From Bacillota bacterium (GTDB lineage: Bacteria; Bacillota; DTU025), in assembly GCA_050951805.1 (NCBI GenBank), contig JBMNJT010000004.1, forward strand, positions 106,120-170,119: a DNA stretch of 64,000 nt, in the 5' to 3' direction. Below the pieces are notes generated by a model that saw nothing but the letters and a program-made list of their open reading frames with translations, was not told where the DNA came from and searched no databases. Positions 1 through 11,800 of the stretch are shown piece after piece (within the stretch, counting starts at the first letter, position 1; the number at the start of each line of letters is the position of its first letter). Position numbers and translations under genes: made by a program.

Positions 1-56
1 CGCTGCGCTGCTAATATCTCATCGATGGGCTTGCCGTTGATGGTTGCGAATTTCAT
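1..56 (-). CDS. 5' end (first ~18 codons, MKFATINGKPIDEILAAQ...) of an unidentified gene that runs off the window start
   Basis: Reverse complement of nt 1-56 begins with ATG and stays open to the window edge. No product can be assigned. Confidence 0.25.
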   Translation of the reverse strand, partial: MKFATINGKPIDEILAAQ

Positions 57-311
57 TGTTGATTGTGTTCCGGTATTCCTCTCGGGCATCGAATGCATAT
101 ATCCCTCATTGAACTAGTAGAGCCCCTTACGGGATATGTGAAGCGGAACCCCGAGCTTGACCATCTGTTCTATATAGGTGTTCTGCTGTCTTGTTACTTT
201 AGCCCGGCCGGGCGACTCGCGGTCGTGGACAATTGGGAAATCAACAAGGAGTGGAATGCCGCGGCCTGCTGGTGTATGATGTATAAAACTTGCCAGGAGG
301 TTCTTACGGTT

Positions 312-2009
312 ATGACACAAATAAACTCAGTAGCAGCCAGAGTCTTCGGAGTTGTCCTCGCTATCGTGATAATTCCGGTCATAGCTGTATCGGGAGCTTC
401 TACGACTTCAGAAGTCGCTCCCGGGACGTCTGCCGTGGCTCCATCCCGAGCCGAGGTGGAGGCCTTTTATTCCTATGATGCAGGCATCCCCCTTGATGTC
501 AAAGAGATCCCGTTGGGATCTAGTCCCTGGTATCGGGAGTATGAGATCAGCTATGCTAACCTTGGAGACACCGTGTATTCCAGGTTCATGCTTCCATGGG
601 AGGCGGGGGCGTCTTTCGAAACGATGAACCCGATGCCCTGCCTAGTCGGCCTCCATGGCATGTTCTCTGACTCAGCGTACCAGTTTTGGACCATTGCGGA
701 CTTCTGTGCCAAGCGAAAAGTTGCAGTAATGACCCCCAGCCTTCCATACCACCACAAGCGCACGAAGGGGATGCCTCTCATACCAGGACAGCAGCTGATC
801 GTTGGTTCGCCTGATGCGATCAGAAACAATCTGCGTCGAGCGGTCATAGATGTCCGTCGCGCTGTAGATTGGCTTGCCACGCGTGACGATATCGACCAGG
901 GCGCTATATCGATTGCAGGCGTCAGTCTGGGCGGAATTGTTGCCTCGTTGGCCTTCAAGGTTGAGCCAAGGTTCGCAAATGCCGTGCTGGTAGTGGCTGG
1001 CTCAGGGGTTAGAGGCATACTTGAGAACGGGGATACGAGTGTCCTCGATGTCTTCCGCGCAGCCACCTGGGCAAACATGGTAAACCCCGATGATTTCGTC
1101 GATGCGCTTCAGATCGTCGATCCCATCAATGTGCCGGATTTCCAGCCCCGCCCGGCGCTTCTAATGAACGGAATTTCCGATGCGATCATGGTCCCCGATA
1201 ACGTGACGGCGCTTCGCCGTTCCATGGCTCGAGCTGAGCAGATATGGACCACGGGCGGGCACTATTTTCCGATGTACCCAGCGGAATACTTGCTCATGGA
1301 CTATTTGTCTAGGCAGTATGCGGAATCTCCGTCATTTGCTCAAGGCATTCGTGTGGATGTAGGCTCTGGATTCTGTTTCACCGAAAGGGTGTGCGCACCG
1401 GAAGTGGGGGCCGACAACTTGTGGGTAGACATCGCAGTTGAGCTTGGCAGTCCCGAGTACGTGGCTGCTCACCGGGTTTCGGTACCGATGGTTAACAGGT
1501 CGGTTCCGGTCATAATCCTGAGCAGGGAGACTTATTTGGCTCTCGAGCCTTTCTTGATGGGACGGCATCTTCCTGCGTTCATCTATATCATCAACGGTGA
1601 TTCTCCACTCCAGCTGTGCGCCGCCGTGGCATATGTACAGGCGTTGGGGCTTGGCGCCGACCCGCAGCTCTATTACGTCTCCCCTCTGGAGGATTCAGAA
1701 AACAACCCGGGCCAGGAAGGATATGCCGTCTGTGCTGCATCTCCCATGGATGTGGGGAGGGTCCGCAATATGTTAGAGTCGATCGCACGAGCTCCTGGTT
1801 CTAGGACCTCGGGGGGCTTTGAGAAGGCGAATGCCCGAATCCCCCTGACGCTCTTTGGCGAAGCAAAGCGTTTTCAAGGCCCGACTGCTCGTGAGGACAT
1901 CGGGTTGTGGTTTGCCAAGACGCTCTCGGTGAGCAAACTCAAGGGCATCCCTTGGTTCCCGAATTATCCCCATGATGACCCATGTTGGTCGGCGGGGCCC
2001 GACAGATGA
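312..2009 (+). CDS. Membrane-anchored alpha/beta-hydrolase (dienelactone hydrolase / esterase-like) with a long C-terminal extension
   Basis: ORF 63..2009. The likely true start is ATG 312 (MTQINSVAARVFGVVLAIVIIPVIAVSG is a hydrophobic N-terminal anchor), with a GGAGG-like RBS 12 nt upstream. A GVSLGG nucleophile-elbow (GxSxG) motif and the downstream D/H region are typical of serine hydrolases. Confidence 0.6.
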   Translation: MTQINSVAARVFGVVLAIVIIPVIAVSGASTTSEVAPGTSAVAPSRAEVEAFYSYDAGIPLDVKEIPLGSSPWYREYEISYANLGDTVYSRFMLPWEAGASFETMNPMPCLVGLHGMFSDSAYQFWTIADFCAKRKVAVMTPSLPYHHKRTKGMPLIPGQQLIVGSPDAIRNNLRRAVIDVRRAVDWLATRDDIDQGAISIAGVSLGGIVASLAFKVEPRFANAVLVVAGSGVRGILENGDTSVLDVFRAATWANMVNPDDFVDALQIVDPINVPDFQPRPALLMNGISDAIMVPDNVTALRRSMARAEQIWTTGGHYFPMYPAEYLLMDYLSRQYAESPSFAQGIRVDVGSGFCFTERVCAPEVGADNLWVDIAVELGSPEYVAAHRVSVPMVNRSVPVIILSRETYLALEPFLMGRHLPAFIYIINGDSPLQLCAAVAYVQALGLGADPQLYYVSPLEDSENNPGQEGYAVCAASPMDVGRVRNMLESIARAPGSRTSGGFEKANARIPLTLFGEAKRFQGPTAREDIGLWFAKTLSVSKLKGIPWFPNYPHDDPCWSAGPDR

Positions 2010-2101
2010 CTAAAAACCGGGCGGGAAGGCAGACAGTGTGCCAGCTCTCTCGCCACTGCAGGTCTTGCTGTGCTCATGGCCAATAGCGCGGTTGATCGCG
2101 G

Positions 2102-2140
2102 AGGTCTTCATTAACTGTCTGCCGCAGCTGATGAAGACCT
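2102..2140 (+). terminator. Inverted repeat (aggtcttcat ... atgaagacct) downstream of the hydrolase gene; possible terminator without a clear U-tract
   Basis: A 10-bp perfect inverted repeat separated by about 19 nt, seen directly in the sequence. Confidence 0.3.
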
Positions 2141-3627
2141 GACTAGATACTCATGGGGCTGTCTGCGGGGAGTATGCAATTGTGCGAATCAGCGAAGCGC
2201 GGAAGAGACCGCCACTGCGCGCTTAGCCATTTCCGCATGGAACGGAACTCGTCTCTCAAGATAGTTTGCACAGCTAATGCCACAGGCCCTGCGGGAGTCT
2301 TTGGGTTGTTCGAACGTCCGTGTTCCGATTCCCGCGGAAGATTCCCGGCAGAGGTGATTCTGGTTCGTTATAGGCGAGGGCTTTGGGTTCATGCACTAGT
2401 CGATGTGGGAAGAGCTGAAGCAGGCAATTGTATGAAGCCCTTGGAAGGACTCGTGGGTTATCGGTTATTCTCGATCCGTGGGGACTCGCATCACTCAAAG
2501 TTCTATCCTACACACATTCCACCCCAAGGTATCAGCGCGAACTTCACATACTCAGTCTCTATTACGCTGTTTTCGCCGAATAGCGTGATGACTATCTCTA
2601 AGAATCGAAAGGAGCTAGAAACAAGAGCCCATCGCATATTCCCGCGATCTTCACACTGCAAGCCTTCTTGCAGCATTGGCCGCACTTGAATTCTACGGGC
2701 CAAGGCCATCCGCCATTGAGCCGTCAAAGTCCCGATCGAATGGCGCCGCAGCGATTCCTTGGGTGTCTTGTTTGCATGATACTCGACTATCACCACGGTA
2801 TACACTGACGGAAGGGCAGGTTACCCCGGAAGTCATGGCTGATGCGGGGCTCTTCCTGTATGGTGCAGGTTCATGTTTCGAGTGCGCCCGACCTGTCCCT
2901 TGGTTCTTCTTGTCGCTCCCTGCTGGCCATGTATCTCGTCACGTAATTTGGTTTGCATGATATGTCTGACGAAGAGAAGCCCATGCACGCCATGATTGCC
3001 TGGCAAGGGCTGGCGCTCTGCCCTCAAGGCTGTTCGATACAGCCCTGCGACTGCTGGCTACACTATTCCGGAAAACCCATATCCTCCCTTCATGTCGAGC
3101 CCGGCGATTCTCGTGTGTTCGTTTCGATGAGAGGGCCTTCGAACCTCCTGCCTAGGCGATGCTTTTCCTTGCTGTGTGCTTCGCTCAGAGGTACTAGCTG
3201 GTTTTCCGGCCCCTATTACCCACAAGGTTGAGAGGCGAGGTGCGATTGGTACCAGTCGACACCCTCCTTCGTTTATATACATTTTCAAGAATCATCCCGT
3301 GTGATAGATCGCTGATGTTATATAAGAGCCAAGCAAGACCGCGCATTTCCGATAGTGGGCGACCGACAAGAAACGAATGACCTTGCATATCTCGGTACCT
3401 CGAGTGAAGATGGAGAAATATCGCGTAAAAGACAGGCTGTGCGAATCGCCAGATACAAACCATGTTTCGGAATGCACGTATCGGAATGCCTCGTTTGCGA
3501 ATCCATAGGATTCGACAAGCTGTCAATGGGATTTGCTATAGACTGCGATTGTCTCATCATGAAATGGCACAATTCAGCGTTTTCTAAAGAGAAGCTATGT
3601 TTCAGTGTAAGAAGGAGGTTAAGTATC

Positions 3628-4119
3628 TTGACTAGCAGATTAGCAGTAGGTTTGGGGATTTTTCTCACAATTATGATAGTATCAGCGGCTGTCTGCGGCG
3701 CGGTTCCACAGTCTGTGACTCACAATATCACAATATGTGTTCCAGCCGTGGACGTTGTTCGGCTGAGTTGCCCCGGCGTTCACGCTACTTTGCAGGCACG
3801 CAATGATAATACAGGATTTGTTCAGCATGTGCTGGAGGCGGGCGACCTCAGGTGGATAACAAACGATTCTCCAAGGGAGGTAACGGTGAATGCGCAATGC
3901 ATTCCAAATGGTCTCACACTTGAGGTGCTCAAATCGCTCAGCCCTGCCAATAAGTGGCTGGAGCTTGGTGCGTCCCATGTGCTTCTGATAGATGATGCAT
4001 CATGCCATCCAGGCACGAGCCTGCCCAGGGAATTCTCAATCTTCTATAGGATCCTGGCTACGTTGGAGGTCCGTCCTGATACCTACGAGATTGTTGTCAT
4101 TTATACGTTGACAGTTTAG
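3628..4119 (+). CDS. Small secreted/membrane-anchored beta-rich protein (paralog 1), TTG start
   Basis: AGGAGG RBS at 3613-3618 followed by TTG 3628. The N-terminal signal/TM is LAVGLGIFLTIMIVSAAV. The C-terminus (...TYEIVVIYTLTV) resembles the C-terminus of the next gene (...DHDVTVTYTITD). Confidence 0.5.
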   Translation: MTSRLAVGLGIFLTIMIVSAAVCGAVPQSVTHNITICVPAVDVVRLSCPGVHATLQARNDNTGFVQHVLEAGDLRWITNDSPREVTVNAQCIPNGLTLEVLKSLSPANKWLELGASHVLLIDDASCHPGTSLPREFSIFYRILATLEVRPDTYEIVVIYTLTV

Positions 4120-4262
4120 GCACACTTGACAATCCCACGGCAACGAGGGCGTGAGCCAGCCCGGTTACATACTGGCTAGAGGCTTAGGAGATTGAAGTGA
4201 GCGGGGTGGCCAACTGCGAACTTCAAATTGAGAATAGTCAAGAATGGGAGGTCTTTTGTCAA

Positions 4263-4742
4263 ATGTCCAGACGGAAAGTAATGTGGTCGGTCCTTCTCTT
4301 GGTGCTTCTGGGGTTCTCGGCGATTTCGTTCGCGGCGGATAGCGCCTCGCACACCGTTACGATCGTGGTTCCGGAAATCGACAAGATCTGGGCGGACGCT
4401 GGCGGGACGCTACAGCTTGACTGGCTGCCAATTGAAGAGGTCGACGACAACATGGTTGCGTACCCCCATACGCTCCTTCAGGTTTGTCTGATGTACGTCA
4501 CCAATGCCTCTAATAGGAAGATAACGGCTCAGGCAAGTATACCGTTTGCTGGCTTGAGCCTGAGCGTGAAGGGACCAGGAATGGGTTATTGCGAGGAGCT
4601 CGGCGCTGGTTCCGTAACTGTAGTAGATTCCTGCATACCTGGGTCAGTGCAGACAGTGACGCTCACCTATGATGGCAAGGCGGACATTACTGTCCCGGCA
4701 GGCGATCACGACGTCACCGTGACCTATACAATTACTGACTAA
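4263..4742 (+). CDS. Small secreted beta-rich protein (paralog 2)
   Basis: GGGAGG RBS 12 nt upstream of ATG 4263. The signal peptide is MWSVLLLVLLGFSAISFAAD. It shares the TVTIVVP.D and VTYTIT motifs with 3628..4119. Confidence 0.55.
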   Translation: MSRRKVMWSVLLLVLLGFSAISFAADSASHTVTIVVPEIDKIWADAGGTLQLDWLPIEEVDDNMVAYPHTLLQVCLMYVTNASNRKITAQASIPFAGLSLSVKGPGMGYCEELGAGSVTVVDSCIPGSVQTVTLTYDGKADITVPAGDHDVTVTYTITD

Positions 4743-4886
4743 CAGGCTAGATCACTTGGCTTTAAGATGTATGGGAGAGGCTGGGGGGTTCTTCCTCGGC
4801 CTTTCCCATCGGCAGCCCTGTGCGGGTACTGGCTGAAGAGGGAGGATGTCTCTGTGCACGGTTGAAGCGAAGGGAGCGATGTTGTC

Positions 4887-5747
4887 ATGATATATCCAAA
4901 TCGCAGATGTGTTGCAGGTGCCACTACTTTGGCTCTGGCTGTTCTGCTTTGTGTGATGATGCCACCTAGCGCCCATGCCTCGGTAAACGTGCTGAGTGGC
5001 CTCACTCAAATGCATGAGGTTGCTCTAGGCGGGGAGTATAGCGGGGTCATAGTACTGGAAAATCTGGGCGATGTGGTCGAGAGGGTGGAGCTTTATCAAA
5101 CAGATTACCGGTTTACTGCAGAAGGCTACACATATTATGAAGAGCCTGGCACTGTTCGACGCTCCAATGCAGCTTGGATTCGCCTGGGACAGTCTGTTGT
5201 AGAGATTCCGCCCAAATGCAGAATTAGCATCCCCTACAGAATCCTGATACCCAACGACACCGGACTCGTCGGCACTTACTGGAGTATGGTGATGGCAGAG
5301 ATGCTGGGCAGTGTAGACGAGGTCGACATTGACGAGCCTTACAAGAAGGACGAGAATGCGATTGTCCTAGGAGTGAAACAGAAGTTTAGATACGGCATCC
5401 AGATAGTAACCAATATCGGCGTTACGGGCAAGAAAAAAGTAGTCTTCAGCAACCCGGCACTCAGACGCATCGAATCTTCCGGCGCCCTTACATTGAGCGT
5501 AGACCTGGCCAACGCTGGCGAACGGTTGGTCAACCCGTCTGTATGGGTTGAGGTATACGACAAGACCGGAACGAAGATAGGACGGCTTGAGGGCAAGAAT
5601 GCCAAGATATACCCTGACACGTCCGTTCGGGCAACGGTCGAGCTCGGCGCGCTCGAGCCCGGAAGCTACAGGGTGATTATAGTGGCCGACAACCATGACG
5701 AGTACGTGGCGGCTGTTCGGTACAGCCTGGAGGTGCCGGTACCTTGA
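4887..5747 (+). CDS. Secreted protein of unknown function (signal peptide; beta-rich)
   Basis: ORF with N-terminal signal peptide (TLALAVLLCVMMPPSAHA). No recognisable catalytic motif. Confidence 0.5.
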   Translation: MIYPNRRCVAGATTLALAVLLCVMMPPSAHASVNVLSGLTQMHEVALGGEYSGVIVLENLGDVVERVELYQTDYRFTAEGYTYYEEPGTVRRSNAAWIRLGQSVVEIPPKCRISIPYRILIPNDTGLVGTYWSMVMAEMLGSVDEVDIDEPYKKDENAIVLGVKQKFRYGIQIVTNIGVTGKKKVVFSNPALRRIESSGALTLSVDLANAGERLVNPSVWVEVYDKTGTKIGRLEGKNAKIYPDTSVRATVELGALEPGSYRVIIVADNHDEYVAAVRYSLEVPVP

Positions 5748-5777
5748 CTCGGTGTGAGGAGAGCCAGCCTACTTCCG

Positions 5778-8420
5778 ATGATTGCTGTTGCACTCTCCGC
5801 CGTCTGCGCTTTTGGGGCATTCGCTGAAGAGTCGGAGCGCGTTGTCGATTCATCCTGTCAACAGATTGATTCAGGCAGATCCGGGCAGTGTTGTTACCAT
5901 TGTGGTGGCGATTGAGAACCACAGTGCGGAGGCGGTAGATGTTGACCTCGGTTCGGAACTGCCTCAGTCGTGGTTTGCGTTCTTCGGAGACGAAACGGTC
6001 AGGCTGGCGCCGGGCGAAACCGAAATTCTGCCCATAGCGGCAATGATTCCCAAGAATGCGCCTGGCCGGAAGCTACGAAGTCCTCGTCCATGCGAGGTAC
6101 ACATGTCCGCGCATGAACGATCGTCAATCCTCAGAAATCCGGTTCACTGTGTTGGTAAACGAAGTCAGGAGTATCAGAGTTACACTTGTCAATGCGCCGG
6201 ATTACGTTGTGGACACTGCTTACACAGCATCATTTCTCCTGAGCAACCATGGCAATGTCGTGGAGGACTTGAAGCTCTCGACCTGCGATATTCAGGGGGC
6301 GTACATCAAACTCGACCCTGCCTGGGTCAGCTTGGAGCCGGGCGGGAGCACTCCGATAGATGTGCATGTAATCTTGACTGCCGCTCCTGGAAGGGTCCTC
6401 GATCATACAGTACTTGTCAAAGCGGGAAACCGGGATTTGCTGTCGAACTGGGCGTCGGCCAGCGCTCGGGTGAAGGTGCTTCCGCAGAAGCTGAGCGATT
6501 CCGATGCCTACCACCATTTCCCCCTCAAGATCCAGCTGAGCGCAGGTGTGCTTGGGACATCTAATCGGGCGCAGCTCAAAGTGGCCGGGGCAGGCCCGCT
6601 TGCTCACGGGGGCAATGACAGACTACGCTTTGATCTATCAGATACGGGAGGGGTTGTCGAATACAGTGCTCCTGGAATGCGTCTGATATTAGGTGACGGC
6701 AGGTTCGGCCTGTCCCCGCTGACCGAATGGCAGGCCAAGGCGCGAGGCATAGGCGTGCAAATCAGTCAGGAAAGGGCGGGACTCGAGCTCTATACTCACG
6801 ATGGCGCTGGCTCTCCTAGGGTGGGGCTTAGGGCTGCCGCGACTTCTAGCAACGGGTCTTCGCTTTCCCTTCAGCTTTTGACACAAGTAGAGCCCGCGAC
6901 GAACATTCTCACAGTAAAAGGTGTGCACAGGATACCTGGCGTCGAAATCGATTGTGAGTATGGAATGCTGGCTAATGGGTCGAGTTCTGGCGCACAAGCG
7001 CTGCGTGCAAGCGGCAGGTCAAAACTTGGCCCGGTTGAGGCAGTTGTGACCGTTCAGAATGCGGATCGTGGCTACACCGCAATAGACAATCCCGGGATTG
7101 ACATGTCGTTGAAACTCAAAAGTCTCTCAAAGCTGCCCGTATCAGGCACCCTTCTGCTGCAAAAGCATGATGATGGGGAATTGCATAGCCGCAAATTGGA
7201 AGCTAATGCCGTATGGAAGTTGGATTCGACTGAACTAGGATTGAAATACTCCGATACGGCGAAATGGGACGACGGTTCGGATGATCTCGGCAGGTCTAGA
7301 CAGGCCTCAGTCTCTCTCAACGTCTTCGATAGCAGCAATGCCTCTCTCAAGGAGGAGATTTCTGTGCAGAACTGCTCCGGCATGTTGGGAAACCCCGGAA
7401 GTTGGACCGTGGCATATGCTCTCAAGAAGCAGTTGACTGAAAGCAGGTGGAAGTGGACCTCCTGCCTGAGTGCGAGTATGCCGTTGAGCCAAGGCGCTTC
7501 GGTACAGTGTTGGCTTGGGTGCAGACGCTTCATATCAAGTTGTGCCCGGGCTGGAGATGAGGGGCGGTTTTCGCGCAGGCACAATGGGGCAGAGCGGCTT
7601 GACTGTGTCTGCAGGAGCGACGTACAAGCCATCTGATTGGGCGGCCCTATCGATCGATGCATCCTGCAAGATAGTGGACGGCGGGGTGCGTGACTTGGGA
7701 GTGAAGGTTGGCCAGACAGCCTTCTTCGATATTCCCCTAGCCCGCCGCTCAGACGTGGGGGAGATATCGGGAAAGGTTGTGGGCGTGGACGGTAAGGGTA
7801 TGCCGGGTATCATAGTGAACGCGGGAGGGTTTTCGACCGTAACGGATTCATCCGGCACTTTCAGATTCCCTGCAGTGGTCGAAGGCGAGCAGTATGTATC
7901 GGTTAGCGTGCGTGAACTGGGCCCCGAGTATCTAGTGATGCCCTCGTCCGCCGTCAGTGTGAAGGTGGAACGGAACACCGAATCCACAGTGCAATTGACT
8001 GTTGCCAGGTCGGGAAGGATCGAAGGTATTGTCAGATTCTCTTCTGACGAGGGAAGCCGTGCAGTGCCTGATGAAATGATATGGCGTATTGCAGATGGTA
8101 TATCGACTCAAAGTGCGCCCAAGCTGCTGTCAGGGCTGCTGGTGGAAGTATCCGGAGCTAGGCGGTACGTGGTTCCGCTTGATTTCGAGGGCCGGTTTGC
8201 TATCGACCATCTCCCCCCAGGGGACTACAGGGTAACTATAGATCGGAGCTCTGTGCCTTCCCTTTACGAGCTGACTCCGTCAGCGATGAACATAACATTG
8301 GGCGAAGGTGAAAAGGCATCGGCTGAATTTGCTATCTACCAGGTACTTCGGGAATATGATTTCACTGAAGGTGGTGAGATTGGACACGAGCTAATAGTAG
8401 AGGGACAGCAAGAAAGGTAG
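5778..8420 (+). pseudogene. Large cell-surface protein (NEW3/CARDB-like repeats, CarboxypepD_reg-like domain) split by at least three frameshifts
   Basis: A signal peptide (MIAVALSAVCAFGAFA) at 5778 is followed by ORFs 5782..6564, 6056..7636 and 7515..8420 in three different frames, overlapping end to end. Repeated V.V.N.G and P.GET motifs are typical of surface adhesin/S-layer repeats. The segment GKVVGVDGKGMPGIIVNAGGFSTVTDSSGTFRF matches a carboxypeptidase-regulatory-like fold. Confidence 0.5.
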
Positions 8421-8759
8421 TTCAGGGAAATTGCGCGGGAGTTGAGGTGATCAGGCGACGCAGCGGTATCTGCTAATAGGGGTAAACCGCGTTCTGCATG
8501 TGGTATGTCTGCGAAGAAGGCCTTTCATCAAAATGGGACGTGCCATACCTATCCTCCATATGAGCAACGCCGACAAGGCGTTAGCCTCTCCAGATCACGG
8601 TGTTCAGCTCGAGGGCTGTACCGGGTTTTGCCTAAGAAATAGCCTTGTTCCCATGCTACACCCGGGGTATGATAAGAATTGGAATGAAATGATGTAGTTC
8701 GCTTGAATGGCTCCCTCGTTTTTGAAGAGCCGAGCTGTCTGATGAGGAGGAACACCATT

Positions 8760-10397
8760 ATGTCTGTAACAGAACTTCCGGCGTGGCGGGCTTTGGCTGA
8801 GCACCGTCTGGAGATGGAGAACATCCATATGCGCCAGCTGTTCGCATCCGACCCGGAAAGATTCGAGCGGTTTTCGATCGGGCTTGGGGATCTGCTCTTC
8901 GACTACTCCAAGAACCGCATTACAGACGAGACCATGTCTTTGCTATTCAACCTTGCCGAACAGGCCCGCCTTGCAGAGGCAATAGAGGCGATGTTCAACG
9001 GCGAGCGGATAAACACGACAGAGAATCGCCCAGCGCTTCACGTGGCCTTGCGGAATCGATCCAATCGGCCCATCCTGGTGGACGGCACGGACGTTATGCC
9101 TGAGGTAAATGCGGTGCTTTCTCAGATGCGCCGCTTTTCTGAGGCGGTGCGCAGCGGCGACTGGAAGGGCTACACCGGAAAGGCCATCACCGATGTTGTC
9201 AATATCGGGATTGGAGGATCAGATCTGGGTCCTCGCATGGTTGTGCACGCGCTAAAGCCCTACGGCCATGACCGCTTGCACGTCCACTTTGTGTCGAATG
9301 TAGATCCCACGGACATTTCAGAAACCCTATCCGACCTTGCCCCAGAGACGACGCTCTTCCTCATCGCTTCGAAGACTTTCACTACGCAAGAGACCATGAT
9401 GAACGCCAATACGGCTCGAAATTGGCTTTTGCGCCATGCCGGAGAAGATGCAGCTGTAGCCAAGCACTTCGTGGCGATCTCCACCAATCGCGACGCGGTT
9501 GAAGCGTTCGGGATCGATCATCGCAACATGTTCGTCTTCTGGGATTGGGTTGGCGGCCGCTACTCGCTCTGGTCGGCCATTGGACTTTCGATAGCTCTCT
9601 ATGTGGGCATGGACGATTTCGAATCTCTGCTCGCAGGCGCGCACAAAGTAGACGAGCACTTTCGCACTGCGCCCTTGGACCGGAACATCCCGGCTATAAT
9701 GGGGTTGCTCGGCATATGGTACAACAACTTCTGGGGTGCCGAGACCTGCGCTGTTCTCCCTTACGATCAGTACTTGGCTTATTTCCCCGATTACCTGCAG
9801 CAAGCGGACATGGAAAGCAACGGCAAGAGCGTGACCAGGACGGGGGGGCCGGTGGACTATCAGACTGGGCCAGTACTTTGGGGACAACCAGGAACCAACG
9901 GGCAACACGCTTTCTATCAGCTCATTCACCAGGGCACGAAGCTGGTCCCGTGCGATTTTCTGGCTGCAGCTCAGAGCCATAATCCCATTGGCGACCATCA
10001 TGAAGTGCTTGTAGCCAACTTCCTGGCGCAGACAGAGGCGCTCATGAAGGGCCGAACTTCCGACGAGACCCGGGCGGAGCTTGCGGCTCAAGGCTGCACT
10101 GGTCAAGAGCTGGAGTTGCTGACCGCTGCGAAGACCTTTGAAGGAAACAAGCCTACGAACACGTTCCTTTACAAGAAGCTTACTCCTGAAACCCTTGGCA
10201 TGTTGATCGCTCTGTACGAGCACAAGATATTCACTCAGGGCGTTATTTGGAATGTGAACAGTTATGACCAGATGGGGGTCGAGCTAGGGAAGGAACTCGC
10301 CAGCAAGATTTTGCCCGAGCTGAAGGACGTCAGGCCCGCAGTCGGTCATGACAGCAGCACTGTCGGGCTAATCAATGCGTTCAAAAGCATGAGATAG
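8760..10397 (+). CDS. pgi: Glucose-6-phosphate isomerase
   Basis: Full-length similarity to bacterial PGI, including [10 protein letters not shown], the catalytic region [11 protein letters not shown] and the C-terminal [27 protein letters not shown] precedes ATG 8760. Confidence 0.9.
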   Translation: MSVTELPAWRALAEHRLEMENIHMRQLFASDPERFERFSIGLGDLLFDYSKNRITDETMSLLFNLAEQARLAEAIEAMFNGERINTTENRPALHVALRNRSNRPILVDGTDVMPEVNAVLSQMRRFSEAVRSGDWKGYTGKAITDVVNIGIGGSDLGPRMVVHALKPYGHDRLHVHFVSNVDPTDISETLSDLAPETTLFLIASKTFTTQETMMNANTARNWLLRHAGEDAAVAKHFVAISTNRDAVEAFGIDHRNMFVFWDWVGGRYSLWSAIGLSIALYVGMDDFESLLAGAHKVDEHFRTAPLDRNIPAIMGLLGIWYNNFWGAETCAVLPYDQYLAYFPDYLQQADMESNGKSVTRTGGPVDYQTGPVLWGQPGTNGQHAFYQLIHQGTKLVPCDFLAAAQSHNPIGDHHEVLVANFLAQTEALMKGRTSDETRAELAAQGCTGQELELLTAAKTFEGNKPTNTFLYKKLTPETLGMLIALYEHKIFTQGVIWNVNSYDQMGVELGKELASKILPELKDVRPAVGHDSSTVGLINAFKSMR

Positions 10398-10588
10398 CCG
10401 ATGATGTCATCCGTTTGGCAGCCGGAGAGTTCGTAGTTCGGCGGTCAAAATGTGCATAGCTAACTATGCCTGGGGCCAGTGGTTGCTCTCCATTCTTAGC
10501 TATATATGCATGCAAGTCTGTGCGAGTTGGCGGCGAAGCATCCTTGAAAAGAAAAGCCGAGAAGAACGGAGGCGTGCCGGTGAAGTTC

Positions 10589-11800
10589 ATGTCGAACATT
10601 ATGGCCTTCATAAAGAGGTCGGAATCGAATGTGATAGCAATCAGGCCCAATGAGTACCTGTTTCTTTGTGATGAGAATGGACACGATATGGCTGCTCTGA
10701 TCGCGTATTCGCCTGAAATGAAGATGGACATGCTAAGCGAGTTCAAACAAGACGCAAGTGCCCAGTATGCGTCCGGTTACAGCGCAGTGACTGGAGCGAT
10801 AGTCGACAAGCTTGGCGCGGTGGGACCGGTCATGATGAGCGGGGCGAGAGCCGGCGAATTGATGCAGATTGTTGCGCCCCCCGAGATTGTGAAGGCTTTG
10901 GCGGATGGATCGGTGAAGCTGATGCAGACGCCGACTGGGGCTACAAGCAGCGTGGTAGCTGAGGGATCCTCGAGAATAGTGGGCCAGGTTAGGTTAGCGC
11001 CGGCAAATGTTGCGCCAATAGTTGCTCCTGTTGTTCTCTATCAAATTCTAAATGCCATTGCAGGTGCGCATCAACTGAGCAAGATCAACGCTCGTTTAGA
11101 CAGCCTTCAAAGGGCTATAGATTCCGTAATCTTCCGTCAACAGGCGAACTCATATGCCCGACTCTATGCCGCCATCGATGCGTTGCAAGAACTGGATAGA
11201 GAGTATTGCGCTATCGGAATGTTTACGGATGACATGCGCTGGAGGCTTTCTATAGCTACGAATGATATTCAGGCTGTAAACTATGAAAGCAGCTTTATCA
11301 TTGGCCGCTTTAAGCGCATGAGCGAAGATCTGATAAGATCATCCCATAAAAGGCAGGGTGCGATACAGGCGAATACAATGCTGAACGAAGAGTCGAATGT
11401 GTACATGTTGGATGCGGCCATATACGTGACTGCGGTCAAGGCGGGGCTCATGGCTGAGCAGATGTGGATAAGGCACGATCTTCAGTTTGTCCCTGAATAT
11501 GTTGGGTATAGGCTTGCCGACTTGAATTGCGAGATTGAAGAGCTGAAAGAGACTGTTCCGCCAATGCGTTATATCGAGGAGCTTCAGGATCACGCGGATA
11601 GCTGTTTGCGGGAAATGCGGTCGTTACAAAGATGGACCAGCCCGCGGCTGAGTAAGGAGATACGAAGCCGCTCTGAGCAATTTGCGTCAATGCAGGAAGA
11701 TGATTCTCGGCAATATACTGCTCAATCGTTGTTCATATGGGAAGACGATAAGGGCGAAATCAAAGCCTTATCCGGAGTGGAGGCGATCGATACAAAATAG
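10589..11800 (+). CDS. Hypothetical protein (about 400 aa, predicted mostly alpha-helical), no recognisable domain; start uncertain (10574/10589/10601)
   Basis: A long ORF in a locally lower-GC stretch. No motif I can assign to a family. Confidence 0.45.
   Translation: MSNIMAFIKRSESNVIAIRPNEYLFLCDENGHDMAALIAYSPEMKMDMLSEFKQDASAQYASGYSAVTGAIVDKLGAVGPVMMSGARAGELMQIVAPPEIVKALADGSVKLMQTPTGATSSVVAEGSSRIVGQVRLAPANVAPIVAPVVLYQILNAIAGAHQLSKINARLDSLQRAIDSVIFRQQANSYARLYAAIDALQELDREYCAIGMFTDDMRWRLSIATNDIQAVNYESSFIIGRFKRMSEDLIRSSHKRQGAIQANTMLNEESNVYMLDAAIYVTAVKAGLMAEQMWIRHDLQFVPEYVGYRLADLNCEIEELKETVPPMRYIEELQDHADSCLREMRSLQRWTSPRLSKEIRSRSEQFASMQEDDSRQYTAQSLFIWEDDKGEIKALSGVEAIDTK

Noticed and set aside
63-311. 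N-terminal 83 codons of ORF 63..2009
   Set aside because: The Cys/Trp-rich, non-protein-like translation lies upstream of a good RBS plus ATG (312) that begins a typical hydrophobic anchor, so it is treated as 5' UTR.
2153-3668. Short overlapping ORFs on both strands (2153..2689, 2503..2805, 2953..3231, 3318..3668 and others)
   Set aside because: The translations are implausible (Arg/Cys/Ser-rich, no hydrophobic core). Both strands are equally open, which is typical of non-coding GC-balanced DNA. The region is reported as a possible ncRNA or decayed region instead.
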